This document shows, one piece after another, positions 44,480 through 54,460 of a DNA stretch of 64,000 bases. Within the stretch, counting starts at the first letter, position 1; the number at the start of each line of letters is the position of its first letter. Source of the DNA: an uncultured Deinococcaceae bacterium (GTDB lineage Bacteria; Deinococcota; Deinococci; Deinococcales; Deinococcaceae); NCBI GenBank assembly GCA_964252075.1, contig CAXULY010000031.1, positions 1 to 64,000 on the forward strand, read 5' to 3'. A program made the position numbers and the translations under genes. The notes beneath the pieces were generated by a model that had not been told where the DNA came from, did no database searches, and worked only from the letters and a program-made list of their open reading frames with translations.

Positions 44480-45448
44480 ATGACCGAGGTGCTGCAAAAC
44501 CTGCTGAACGGCCTGTCCATCGGGAGCGTGTACGCGATTTTCGCGCTGGGCTACACGTTGATCTTCTCGATTCTGGGCATCATTAACTTCGCGCACGGCG
44601 CGGTGTTCACGCTCGGCGCGTACTTCACGTACACCCTGGTGTCCGGTTCCTTCGAGAACAACGGCCTGCTGCGCGGCCTGAACCTCTTCCCGAACGGCTC
44701 GCCCCTCACGGGCTCCGCCCTGCGCTTCGCGCTGGCGGCGCTGCTGGGCTCGCTGCTCGCGGGCCTCGCGGCGGTCCTGATCGAGCGCCTCGCGTTCCGG
44801 CCCATGCGGGCGCGCGGCGCGGACCCGCTGCTGGCGCTGGTGAGCAGCCTCGGGGTGGCGCTCGTCATCGTGAACATCATTCAGATTCTGGTGGGCGCCG
44901 AGATCTACAGCTTCCCCAGCGACGTGTACGGCGACCTGAAACCCGCGCTGATCTTCCACGTGGGTGAGAAGCTCATCGTGATCCGCACGGTGCAGGTCAT
45001 CATCTTCGCGGTGAGCCTCGTGATGCTGCTGGTGCTGGGGTACCTCATCAGCCGCACGAAGCTCGGCAAGGCGCTGCGCGCCGTCGCGGAGAACCCCACC
45101 ACCGCGAGCCTGCTGGGCATCAGCGTGGACCGCTTCATCGTGATGACCTTCTTCATCTCGGGCTTCCTGGGGGGCCTTGCGGGCACGCTGGTCGGCACGA
45201 GCTTCTCCATCGCCGGGCCGTACTTCGGCGTGACGTACGGCCTCAAGGGCCTCGCGGTGATCGTGCTGGGCGGCCTGGGCTCCATTCCCGGCGCGGTCGT
45301 GGGCGGCCTCGTGATTGGCCTCGCGGAGGCCTTCGTGCCCGCGCAGTTCAGCGCGTACAAGGAAGCGGTGGCGTTCGCGCTCCTGTTCGTGATTCTGCTG
45401 GTGCGTCCGCAGGGCCTCCTGGGCCGCAACGCGGTGCAGAAGGTCTAG
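44480..45448 (+). CDS. livH: BCAA ABC permease
   Basis: GSVYAIFALGYTL...INFAHG, GGLGSIPGA. Confidence 0.9.
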   Translation: MTEVLQNLLNGLSIGSVYAIFALGYTLIFSILGIINFAHGAVFTLGAYFTYTLVSGSFENNGLLRGLNLFPNGSPLTGSALRFALAALLGSLLAGLAAVLIERLAFRPMRARGADPLLALVSSLGVALVIVNIIQILVGAEIYSFPSDVYGDLKPALIFHVGEKLIVIRTVQVIIFAVSLVMLLVLGYLISRTKLGKALRAVAENPTTASLLGISVDRFIVMTFFISGFLGGLAGTLVGTSFSIAGPYFGVTYGLKGLAVIVLGGLGSIPGAVVGGLVIGLAEAFVPAQFSAYKEAVAFALLFVILLVRPQGLLGRNAVQKV

Positions 45449-45452
45449 GGGC

Positions 45453-46367
45453 ATGCAGGACTTCCTCGCCACCTATGGCTTCCTGATCGTCACGATGGTG
45501 CAGCAGGGCCTGCTGGGCCTCAGCCTGTACTACCCCCTCATGGCGGGGCAACTGAGCCTCGCGAGCCCCGGCTTCTACGCACTCGGCGGGTACACCGCCG
45601 CGATCCTCGGCACGGGCGCGGGCTTTGCGGGCCTGCGCTCGGCGCTCGGCTGGTGGATGTTCCCGCTGGAGTGGCTGATCGCCGCGGTGCTCAGCGCGCT
45701 GCTCGCCAGCGTGGTGGGGGTGCTCGCGCTGCGCCTGCGCGGCATTTACCTGGCGCTCGCCACCATCGCCTTCGTGGAGGTGCTGCGCATCCTGAGCCTG
45801 AACCTCAGCATCACGGGCGGCGCGGTCGGCATCTTCGGCATCCCGCAGATGTTCCAGGACCAGTTCTCGTACCTGTGGGTGTTCGGGCCACTGCTGGTGG
45901 TGGCGGTCCTCGTGACGTGGCGCGTGGAGCGCTCCCGCACGGGCCGCGCCTTCCGCGCCCTGCGCGAGGATGAACTCGCGGCGGACGCCATGGGGGTCTC
46001 CCCCACCCGCTACAAGGTGCTGGCCTTCGTGCTCGGCGCGGTCCTCGCGGGCATCGTGGGCGCCATGAGCGCGCCCTTCCTGAACACCTGGAACGCCCGC
46101 CAGGGCACCTTCGACGCCTCCATCAACTACCTCGCGTACGTGCTGATCGGCGGGAGCCGCAGCCTGTGGGGCCCGCTGCTGGGCGGCGCGCTCCTCGCGG
46201 CGCTCCCAGAGGTGCTGCGCGGCCTGAAGGACTGGCGGGTGGTCATCAACGGCCTCGTGCTGGTCGTCGCGAGCCTGTACCTGCCGGGCGGCCTCGTGGG
46301 CCTGCTCGGTCGCCTGCGCCGCAAGGCGCCCCCGCAGCGCCCCGCGCCCCTCAAGGAGGCGCCGTGA
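45453..46367 (+). CDS. livM: BCAA ABC permease
   Basis: LRLRGIYLALAT, TGG, ALREDELAA. Confidence 0.9.
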   Translation: MQDFLATYGFLIVTMVQQGLLGLSLYYPLMAGQLSLASPGFYALGGYTAAILGTGAGFAGLRSALGWWMFPLEWLIAAVLSALLASVVGVLALRLRGIYLALATIAFVEVLRILSLNLSITGGAVGIFGIPQMFQDQFSYLWVFGPLLVVAVLVTWRVERSRTGRAFRALREDELAADAMGVSPTRYKVLAFVLGAVLAGIVGAMSAPFLNTWNARQGTFDASINYLAYVLIGGSRSLWGPLLGGALLAALPEVLRGLKDWRVVINGLVLVVASLYLPGGLVGLLGRLRRKAPPQRPAPLKEAP

Positions 46368-47128
46368 CGGGCGGACCGGTGCTGCAGGCGCACGGCCTCA
46401 CGCGCCGCTTCGGCGGGCTCGTCGCCGTAAACGACGTGAGCTTCGAGGTGCGCGCGGGCGAGATCTTCGGCCTGATCGGCCCGAACGGCGCGGGCAAAAC
46501 CACGCTCTTCAACCTCATGACGGGCCTCACGCCGCCCTCGAACGGGCACCTCAGCCTGCGCGGGCAGAACGTCACGGGCCTCCCCCCGCACCGCATCGCG
46601 GGCCTCGGCGTGGGCCGCACCTTCCAGAACATCCGGCTCTTCCGGGAACTCAGCGCGCTGGAGAATGTGAAGGTCGGGCAGCACGTCCGCACGCGCGCCG
46701 GGCTGCTCGCGGGCATCCTCGGCGCGGACCGCCACGAGGAGACGCGCGTGGAGGCGCGCGCGTGGGCGCTCCTGGACCTCGTGGGCCTCGCGCACCGCGC
46801 GGGCGAATCCGCCGGGAACTTCAGTTACGGCGACCAGCGCCGCCTGGAGATCGCGCGCGCCCTCGCGCTCGAACCGAGCGTGCTGCTCCTCGACGAGCCC
46901 GCCGCGGGCATGAACACCGGCGAGAAGCAGCAGCTCACGGACTTCATCCGGCAGGTGCGCGCGCAGTTCGACCTCACCATCCTGCTCATCGAGCACCACG
47001 TGCCGCTCGTCATGAACCTCTGCGACCGCATCGCGGTGCTGAACTTCGGGCAGCTCATCGCGGTGGGCGACCCCGCCAGCGTGCAGCGCGACCCGAAGGT
47101 CATCGAGGCGTACCTCGGCGCGGAGTGA
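46364..47128 (+). CDS. livG: BCAA ABC ATPase
   Basis: GPNGAGKTT, LLDEPAAG, IEH, VIEAYLG. Confidence 0.92.
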   Translation: MTGGPVLQAHGLTRRFGGLVAVNDVSFEVRAGEIFGLIGPNGAGKTTLFNLMTGLTPPSNGHLSLRGQNVTGLPPHRIAGLGVGRTFQNIRLFRELSALENVKVGQHVRTRAGLLAGILGADRHEETRVEARAWALLDLVGLAHRAGESAGNFSYGDQRRLEIARALALEPSVLLLDEPAAGMNTGEKQQLTDFIRQVRAQFDLTILLIEHHVPLVMNLCDRIAVLNFGQLIAVGDPASVQRDPKVIEAYLGAE

Positions 47129-47150
47129 ACCTCCGAGAAACGAGACCCGC

Positions 47151-47861
47151 ATGCCCCTGCTCGAACTGAATCACCTCTCCGTCAATTACGGCGCCATCCA
47201 GGCGGTGCGCGACCTCACCCTCACCGTCGAGGAAGGCGAGATCGTGACGCTGGTGGGCGCCAACGGCGCGGGCAAAACCACCACGCTGCGCGCCATCTCG
47301 CGCCTCCTGCGCGCCCGCGAGGGCCACGTGCGCTTCGCGGGGCAGGACATCACGCGCGCCGCGCCGGACGCCGTGGTGCGCCTCGGCATTGCGCAGAGCC
47401 CAGAGGGGCGGCAGGTGCTCGCCCGGCAGAGCGTCGAGGACAACCTGGAACTCGGCGCCTTCGTGCGCGGCGACCGCGCCGGCGTCCGCGCGGACGTCCA
47501 GCAGATGTACCAGCGCTTCCCGCGCCTCGGGGAGCGCCGCGCGCAGCTCGCGGGGACGCTCTCCGGCGGCGAGCAGCAGATGCTCGCCATCGCGCGCGCG
47601 CTCATGAGCCGCCCCCGCCTGCTACTCCTCGACGAACCCAGCCTGGGCCTCGCGCCGCTGATCGTGCTGGAGATCTTCAGGATCATTCAGGACCTGAACG
47701 CGCAGGGCGTCACCATCCTGCTGGTCGAGCAGAACGCCAAGCTCGCCATGCAGCACAGCCACCGCACCTACGTCATGGAGGCCGGGAGCGTCACCGTGAC
47801 GGGCGACAGCGCCGCCATGGTGAACGACGAGCGCGTCCTGCACGCCTACCTGGGCGGTTAG
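47151..47861 (+). CDS. livF: BCAA ABC ATPase
   Basis: GANGAGKTT, LSGGEQQM, DEPSLGLAP. Confidence 0.92.
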   Translation: MPLLELNHLSVNYGAIQAVRDLTLTVEEGEIVTLVGANGAGKTTTLRAISRLLRAREGHVRFAGQDITRAAPDAVVRLGIAQSPEGRQVLARQSVEDNLELGAFVRGDRAGVRADVQQMYQRFPRLGERRAQLAGTLSGGEQQMLAIARALMSRPRLLLLDEPSLGLAPLIVLEIFRIIQDLNAQGVTILLVEQNAKLAMQHSHRTYVMEAGSVTVTGDSAAMVNDERVLHAYLGG

Positions 47862-47868
47862 GCGAACC

Positions 47869-48573
47869 TCATTTCCGGCAGGTGAGGTCCACCCGGAAAC
47901 CCGGGGTGGGCGTGCTGAACGCCACCTTCGCGGCCCGCAGGTACCCGGCGGTGAGTTTCTTCGGGTCGAACTGCACGAGCAGCTTCGCGGGGCGCGGCAC
48001 GCTGCTGGCGGGCGTGTTCACGTCCGGCGCGTGAAACTTCAGCTGGTACGTGACGCCGCTCGCCTGCACCATGTCCTTGTAGATGAGCTTCTCATCGGCG
48101 TCGTGCTCCTCGAAGGTCAGTGTGTTGCCGTCCGGCTGCACCAGCTGAATGGCGGTCAGGCCCGTGTCAATCAGCTGCGTTTTGGTGGTGGTGCCGTTGC
48201 GGACTTCCACCGTCACGCCCCACCCCGGCCCCAGGCCGACGTTCGGCCCGATCGCGTCCACACTGCGCACGGTGAGCCGCCAGACGCCGTTGAAGAGCGT
48301 GTCGCCCACGCAGCCCTCCAGCGAAGCGCGTTGGTTCGCGCCGCCCGGCGCGGTGGCGGGGGTGACCTGGGCGCCCAGGGTAAGGGTGCTGCCCTTCAGG
48401 CTGCTGTTCACGCCCAGCAACTTCAGCGCTGAGAGCGGCACGTACGTTCGGCCGTTCACCACGATGGCCTGATCCGGCGTGACCTGACCGTTCACGATCA
48501 CGCTGTAATTCACGCCCGCCGCGAGAGCCACGGTGGCGACGAGGGCGAAGGATAAAATACGGATTCTCATCAT
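47869..48573 (-). CDS. Secreted hypothetical protein with stalk (copper amine oxidase N-like) motif
   Basis: Signal peptide; VIVNG...IVVNGRTYVPL. Confidence 0.7.
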   Translation of the reverse strand: MMRIRILSFALVATVALAAGVNYSVIVNGQVTPDQAIVVNGRTYVPLSALKLLGVNSSLKGSTLTLGAQVTPATAPGGANQRASLEGCVGDTLFNGVWRLTVRSVDAIGPNVGLGPGWGVTVEVRNGTTTKTQLIDTGLTAIQLVQPDGNTLTFEEHDADEKLIYKDMVQASGVTYQLKFHAPDVNTPASSVPRPAKLLVQFDPKKLTAGYLRAAKVAFSTPTPGFRVDLTCRK

Positions 48574-48622
48574 GAGGCTCCAGTAGGCGGGGGCGACCCA
48601 GTGGTAGGTCGCCCCCGGCAGT

Positions 48623-51208
48623 TCAGTTGAGCGTGAAGGTATTGTGCACGCAGTTCCCCGTCCAAGTGGTCAGGCTCTTGCTGCGGCTGGGGTCGGGAGC
48701 GTTCACGGTCAGGGTCACACGGCAGGGGTCGGTGGACGCCCCGGCGTTGTACGGCGAGTACAGCTGGAAGGACGGGGCGCTGGAGGCGGGCGAGCGGACG
48801 ATCGTGTGCTCGCCCGTGTTGTCCGTGACGTAGATCGCCCACTCGTAGGTGAGGGACTCGCTGTTGGGGTTGTCCACCGTCGCGCGGGCCACGTAGATGA
48901 ACGAGTTGTTGCCGCAGGCGCGCTGCGTGAGGTCAATGGTGGCGCCGTTCGCCACGCGCAGACCCCCGCACTGGAACACGCCGGAATCCGTGATTTTCGG
49001 GTAGGGGTTCACGGAGGGCGCCTGTACGGTCAGGTTCAGGGTCTTGGTGATGGTCGCACCGTCGCTGTCGGTGGTGGTCGCGCTCACCGTGCGCGAGCCG
49101 GTCGCGCCGAAGGTCACGTTGACCGTGCAGCCGGTGGTGGCCGAGAGGACGTCCGGTGCATTCACGGACCAGGTGGTGGCGGCGCACAGCTTGCTGGGGT
49201 CTGGCTCGTTGGGGTCGGCGATGACGGCGGTAATCTGGTAGGGCTCGCTCTGGTGCGCGTCGCCAGAGTTCGAGAGGGTCAGGGCGGGTGGGGTGTTCAC
49301 CACGTTCACGGTGAGGCTGGCGCTGGCCTGGCCGTCCCCGTACTTCGCGAGGAGGTTCAGGGTGCGGGTGCCGGCGGTGGCGAAGGTGTACTTCAGGACC
49401 GGACCGGCAATCACGTTGGTGTCGGTGCTCCACGGGCCGTTGTAGATGGTGCCGTCCTTGTCGGACGTGACGGTGAGGGTCACGCTCTTGGCGACGGGGT
49501 GCGCCACCCGGAAGAACTGCGCGAGGTCCGTCTCGACGCGCAGGTCCGCGCTGGCGGGGTTGGTCTTGAGCTGAATGCTGGGCGCCTGCGACCCGCCGGG
49601 GTTGGTCTGTTCCCTCGTCCAGGCGTCGCTGCGCCGGGCGTCGAAGTTCAGGATGCTCAGCGTCTTGAAGGTCTGCTGCACGTAGTCGGCCGGCGCGTAG
49701 TAGTAGCCGCCGTCCCCGGCGCCGCATCCCCAGGAGTTCTTCAGGATGAAGTACCCGCCGCCCCCAACGTTGGGGGTGTTGCCGAACTGCGAGAGGTCGT
49801 CGTTCGAGAGGAAACCCACGATCTGCAGGGCGTGGCCGCCGTAGTCGCCGGGGACCTCCTTGCCCTTGTCGTCGAGCTTCGTTTTGCTGTAGTTGCTGAT
49901 GATGCCGTCGCTCTTCACGTCGTCCATGAAGCCGCGGTATTCGGTGAGGGACGCGATGATCACGTGGCCCTGGTTGAGCAGCAGGCGGTAACGGTTCAGG
50001 TCGAAGCTGTTGCCGCTCTTCCAGATCTGGGTGGTGTTGCCGGGCGCCACGCCCGGCCCGCCGAACGTGACCTTCACGTAACTGCAGAACTTGAAGATGA
50101 TGGTGGTGCAGGTGCGGCGGCTCTGGTGCGCGGTGTCCGAGCAGGTGCCGCTGTAGTTGTCGCAGCTGTGGCCGAAGGAGTCCGCGTCGTCGTCGTTGCC
50201 GTCACCGCGGCTGCTGGAGGGGTTGTACGTCCAGCTGGACTCCGGGGGGAACTGCTGACCCTTGCTGGTCGCGGTGTCCAGGGCCTTCTCGGACCAGTAG
50301 CCGTCGGTGTAGTCGCTGGCGTCCCAGTCCTGCTTGACTTTGTTCACGAGGAACTGCTCGGAGAGGTTCACGGCATTGTTGTTCTGCACCCGCTCGCGGC
50401 TCTCCACCGCGCCAATGGCCGCGAAGGCCCAGCAGGTGCCGCGGTTGGCCTGGTCCTTGATGGGGCTCACGAAGTTCTTGAGGGGGAACCAGTAGCGCTT
50501 CACGTAATTGGTTGGTGCCTTGCAGGAGCCGTTCTGATCGGTGCCGTTGCCGGGGTTGATGGCCTGGACGCTCAGCGCTCCGCCGTTCGGCTCCGGACGC
50601 ACGGGGCTGGGCTGGTCCGCCAGCAGCCCGTTGATGGTTTCCAGGGCGGCCTTCACCTGCGCGAGCGACTGGCCCTGCAGGCTGTCCGGGCTGGGCGCCT
50701 GGGCCTTCAGGCTGTCCGGCAGGAGGGCGAAGGTCATGCTGTAGTCCGACCGGGCGTTGTCCGCACTCTGGTCGAGTTGCTCGGCCTGAACGGCGTTCCT
50801 CAGCTGCGTGCCCAGACCGAACAGCACCACGGTCTGACCGTTGCTGAGTTTGACGGGGCGGTCGCCGTCGTAAGTGGTAACGGACGCCGCCTGCGCCAGG
50901 AGCGCCTGCACGTCCGGGGACTTGTTCGGCAGGGCCTGCAGGAAGGCCTTGTCCTGCTGGAACTGCTGGTCGCGCGCCGCCTTCTGCGCCGCGAGGTCCG
51001 CGCTGCTGATGAGGCTCTGGTCGCCGGACGCGAGGCCCGCCTTGAAGTCGTCCGCGCTGATTACCTGGGCGTCTGGCGGAAAGTCGCCCGTCCAGGCGTT
51101 CTTCTCGGTGAGGAGGTCGGTGGGTGGTGGGGTGGGCGTGCCGGGCGTGCACGCGACCAGCGCGCTCACGAGCAGCCCGGCAATGCAAAGCTTCCAACGT
51201 GCGTTCAT
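48623..51208 (-). CDS. C1 (papain-like) cysteine peptidase lipoprotein with C-terminal Ig/PKD-like repeats
   Basis: Lipobox LVAC; DQANRGTCWAF, LSEQ, GGHA, KNSWG..GDGGY; Thr-rich beta repeats. Confidence 0.85.
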   Translation of the reverse strand: MNARWKLCIAGLLVSALVACTPGTPTPPPTDLLTEKNAWTGDFPPDAQVISADDFKAGLASGDQSLISSADLAAQKAARDQQFQQDKAFLQALPNKSPDVQALLAQAASVTTYDGDRPVKLSNGQTVVLFGLGTQLRNAVQAEQLDQSADNARSDYSMTFALLPDSLKAQAPSPDSLQGQSLAQVKAALETINGLLADQPSPVRPEPNGGALSVQAINPGNGTDQNGSCKAPTNYVKRYWFPLKNFVSPIKDQANRGTCWAFAAIGAVESRERVQNNNAVNLSEQFLVNKVKQDWDASDYTDGYWSEKALDTATSKGQQFPPESSWTYNPSSSRGDGNDDDADSFGHSCDNYSGTCSDTAHQSRRTCTTIIFKFCSYVKVTFGGPGVAPGNTTQIWKSGNSFDLNRYRLLLNQGHVIIASLTEYRGFMDDVKSDGIISNYSKTKLDDKGKEVPGDYGGHALQIVGFLSNDDLSQFGNTPNVGGGGYFILKNSWGCGAGDGGYYYAPADYVQQTFKTLSILNFDARRSDAWTREQTNPGGSQAPSIQLKTNPASADLRVETDLAQFFRVAHPVAKSVTLTVTSDKDGTIYNGPWSTDTNVIAGPVLKYTFATAGTRTLNLLAKYGDGQASASLTVNVVNTPPALTLSNSGDAHQSEPYQITAVIADPNEPDPSKLCAATTWSVNAPDVLSATTGCTVNVTFGATGSRTVSATTTDSDGATITKTLNLTVQAPSVNPYPKITDSGVFQCGGLRVANGATIDLTQRACGNNSFIYVARATVDNPNSESLTYEWAIYVTDNTGEHTIVRSPASSAPSFQLYSPYNAGASTDPCRVTLTVNAPDPSRSKSLTTWTGNCVHNTFTLN

Positions 51209-51245
51209 GCGTACCTCCATGCAGTGCGGACGCGCGGTGCGCGGG

Positions 51246-51776
51246 TCAGGACAGGCGCTCCAGGCCGACCGTCATCAACTTCGCGCCCGCTTCCGGGAGG
51301 GCGGGATGGATCGCACCCGCGCCCGCGAGTTGCGCGCCAATCAGCAGCAGTTCCTCGGGCGTGATGGGTTTCGGCTCGTCGTCGCTGGGCGGCCACGGGC
51401 CGTGCTTCGGGATGCGGATGACGATGCGGCCGTTGCCGCAATCGTCGATGAAGCGCGTGATGACATTCGCGATGTGCTGCTGCACGCCACGCCGTCCTTC
51501 CTCGGGGAGGGCCAGCGCGAGGTCCTGGAGCGCGTCCACGCGGTCCACCAGGACCTGTCCGAGCGCCTGCGCGAACGCCAGGCGCGGCGGAAGTGCTGGT
51601 GCCCATGGGTCCGGGGCGGGGCCTTCCACCCAGCGCAGGCGCATGAAGGCCGCGCGGATGATGGGGCCCCACGGCCCGACAGGGCCCGCATCGTCGGGGT
51701 TCGGGTCTGTGCCGTTCAGCTGGTTGATGAAGGATGCCAGGGTGCGAACGGCGTGATGCTGCGCAGTGGCGGTCAT
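51246..51776 (-). CDS. Hypothetical protein (Pro/Trp-rich motifs)
   Basis: AGGAGGAG RBS; GPVGPWGP, GPAPDPW, DDCGNG...GPWPP. Confidence 0.7.
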   Translation of the reverse strand: MTATAQHHAVRTLASFINQLNGTDPNPDDAGPVGPWGPIIRAAFMRLRWVEGPAPDPWAPALPPRLAFAQALGQVLVDRVDALQDLALALPEEGRRGVQQHIANVITRFIDDCGNGRIVIRIPKHGPWPPSDDEPKPITPEELLLIGAQLAGAGAIHPALPEAGAKLMTVGLERLS

Positions 51777-52412
51777 GGGTGCTCCTCCTGCCCGGTGGGC
51801 CCTTCGCCCACGGATGCCTTTCGGTCGGCCAGACGCCTCGCTTGCCCGGTGCTGCTGGTGCCTCCTCTCCCCTGTCGGAGGCAGACGTGGAAGTGGGCCT
51901 GCCTCTCTTGCCCTTCAGACCGCCCGCACGGCGCGTGCTTGGTGTGCTTGTGCAGCTGAAACAGAACCTCGTGTGCCTCTTCTAGGAAGATGAATTCTTC
52001 GTAGATCTTGACTTCAATTCATTTGTTTTTGCAGGACTGCATTTACTCTCTGCGAGCTATTTCGCGGTGTACAACAAAATCTGAACATAAATCTAAGGTA
52101 TTTATTTTAAGTGCTGTTAAATAAGTAATACGGCACCGTATACGTCACCACGGACACTTGGGTAGACAAAAATTGCGCCTTTACTTGCCCATAGAATCTG
52201 AAATTTGCTCTGGTTGTCCTTCAGGTGGGCCCTTGGATATGGCGCCCTGATGTGTCTGACTTCATTCTCCTTTCACCCATAGGGTGAGGGAGGGACGGCA
52301 AGGCGGCGGTCATAGAATCCGCTCCGCAAGCCGCTCGCAGGACCAGACAGGAGGGCAAGAAGAAGGGCGCCGCGCTTACCGCGCGACGCCCTTCTTCAAC
52401 TTCACCTGTTGC

Positions 52413-53189
52413 CTAGTGACTGGCGAAGGTCTGCGTCCAGTAGTGCTGGTACGCGCCGCCCTTCACGTACCCGACACCCATTTCCTTGAACGCGGGGTTC
52501 ATGATGTTCGCGCAGTGCGTGGGGCTTAGCAGCCAGTTCTGCACCACCGCTTCCGGCGTGGGCTGCCCTCCCGCGATGTTCTCCGCTTCCGCGCGCGCGT
52601 CGGCGTAACCCGCGAGTTTCAGGCGGTCGGTGAGGGTGCGTCCCTCCGGGCTGGTGTGCCCGAAATAACCGCGGGCGGCCATGTCACGGCTGTACGCTTC
52701 AGCCTCCGACCCCAGCACGGTGCTCCACGTGACGGGCGAGGCGGGCGCGTAGGCGGTCGTTCCGCAGTTGCGGGCGTGCTCGCGCGCCTGGTTCACGAGG
52801 TCCAGCACGCGGCGCTCGTAACTCCCCCCGCCACCGGGCGCGGCCGTGACGTCCAGCGTGTACGTGAGGCTCACGGTGGGGTCGCCGCGCAGGCTCGCCT
52901 TGACGGTGGCCTCGCCCGCCGCCACGCCCGTCACGGTGCCCCCGAGGTCCACGGACGCCACGTCCGGGTTGCTGCTGGTCCAGGCGACATCGGCGGGCGA
53001 CGCCGCGTGGCCGTCCACGTTCAGCGCGAGGGGCCTGGACTGGCCCGCCGAGAGGTTCAGGGTGCGGTCCGCTGGCGCACTCAGCGCCCCTGAAACCCGG
53101 TCCTGATGCGTCAGCGCCTGGGGCGTCCCGCACGCCGCGAGGACGGCCGTCAAGAGGATCAGGGGGAGGGTGTGGTTCAAGCGAGTCAT
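52413..53189 (-). CDS. CAP (SCP) domain lipoprotein with Big_2 Ig-like domain
   Basis: Lipobox LAAC; WTSSNPDVASVD; ENIA, WLLSPTHCANIM, YWTQ. Confidence 0.88.
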   Translation of the reverse strand: MTRLNHTLPLILLTAVLAACGTPQALTHQDRVSGALSAPADRTLNLSAGQSRPLALNVDGHAASPADVAWTSSNPDVASVDLGGTVTGVAAGEATVKASLRGDPTVSLTYTLDVTAAPGGGGSYERRVLDLVNQAREHARNCGTTAYAPASPVTWSTVLGSEAEAYSRDMAARGYFGHTSPEGRTLTDRLKLAGYADARAEAENIAGGQPTPEAVVQNWLLSPTHCANIMNPAFKEMGVGYVKGGAYQHYWTQTFASH

Positions 53190-53836
53190 AAGGAAGTCCA
53201 ATGGTCCTGAGTGCTTGGTGGGCGAAAGCCCCCCGCATGGTGAGATCTTAACGTCTGGAGATGAGCTGAGTCTTACCGGCGTGCGACCATCAAGGTTCTC
53301 AGAACCCCGCATATGCCACTCCTGCCCTTTTATGAGCTGAATGTGGCTTGGTCGGGTTACTCGCGCCTCTCCTGCCCTCGCTGTTCTTACCACCCAAGGT
53401 TAAAAGGCGAGCTCAATGAGTGGGGCGTCCGAAGTCACTCAAGCACCAAGTCACATCGTGCTGCGGTGTGAAGCAATCAGTTTCGTTCTGGCTGCACAAC
53501 AGCAGGATGATTCGGTCATGTGGTAATTACGCTCATATCCAGTAAGAGACTGTGGGTTCCGTTGTTCTGGCTACTGTCGCGTGAGGGTAAGTGATGGGAA
53601 ACGTGCTGCTCTAAAACCTTTGAAGCCTATGATTGGCCTCAAAGGTGCGATCAAGCGGTCGACGCTCAACCAATCGCTCGTTTTCGAGCGTGCTGTCCCG
53701 TGGGATCATCCCAGTGCTCCTTGAACTGCTTATCTGAGCGCACCGTGTAGAGTTAAAGTCCAGCATTTCCGACACTGCAGTGGCAACTGGTCTGCGTTCA
53801 GACCCTTGTTTGAAGTCATGGGTGGGTGTGCGGCGG

Positions 53837-54373
53837 TCAGCGGCGGCCCAGGTCCTGCACCCAGTACGTGGCGTAGGGGCCGCCGGCATTCGTCGCGCGG
53901 CCCATGCCCATATCCGTGAAGTCCGCATCCATGAGGTTGGCGCAGTGACCTGGACTGGTCAGCCACGCGGCGACCGCCGCTTCCGGGCTGTCCGCGCCGC
54001 CCTGCACGTTCTCGCCGCTGTCGTAGTCCCCATGACCTGCGATGGGCACGTAGCCTGCCGCCTCGATGCGCTGAGCGAAGGTGTGGCCGTTGACGTCGGT
54101 GTGGTTGATGTCGCGCGGGAAGTCGCTGTGCGCGGCGAGTGAGTCCGCGTACCCCCGAGCGGACGATTCCAGCAGGGCGTTGTACGTGACGGGGGGCACG
54201 GCGGGGTAATGCTGGCCGTCCGGGCAGGTGCGGGCCTGGGCGCGGGCGGCGTTCGTGGCGGCGAGGAGGCGCGCGGCCTCATCGCTGTCGGGCGCGCCGC
54301 TGTCCGTGAGGGCGACGGGCGCGCCACAGGACGCGAGGGCAAGTGCCAGCAGGACGGAGGGGAGGAAACGCAT
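53837..54373 (-). CDS. CAP (SCP) domain lipoprotein
   Basis: Lipobox LASC; GEN, WLTSPGHCANLM, YWVQD. Confidence 0.88.
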   Translation of the reverse strand: MRFLPSVLLALALASCGAPVALTDSGAPDSDEAARLLAATNAARAQARTCPDGQHYPAVPPVTYNALLESSARGYADSLAAHSDFPRDINHTDVNGHTFAQRIEAAGYVPIAGHGDYDSGENVQGGADSPEAAVAAWLTSPGHCANLMDADFTDMGMGRATNAGGPYATYWVQDLGRR

Positions 54374-54460
54374 GCCCACACGCTAGCGGGGGGCGCGTCA
54401 CTCAACCCTGACAGCGCGGGGCGGCCACCTGAACGGGTGGCCGCCCCGCGGGACCGAACC

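Noticed and set aside
52075..52091. TTATGTTC half-site resembling RDRM
   Set aside because: Second half-site is absent
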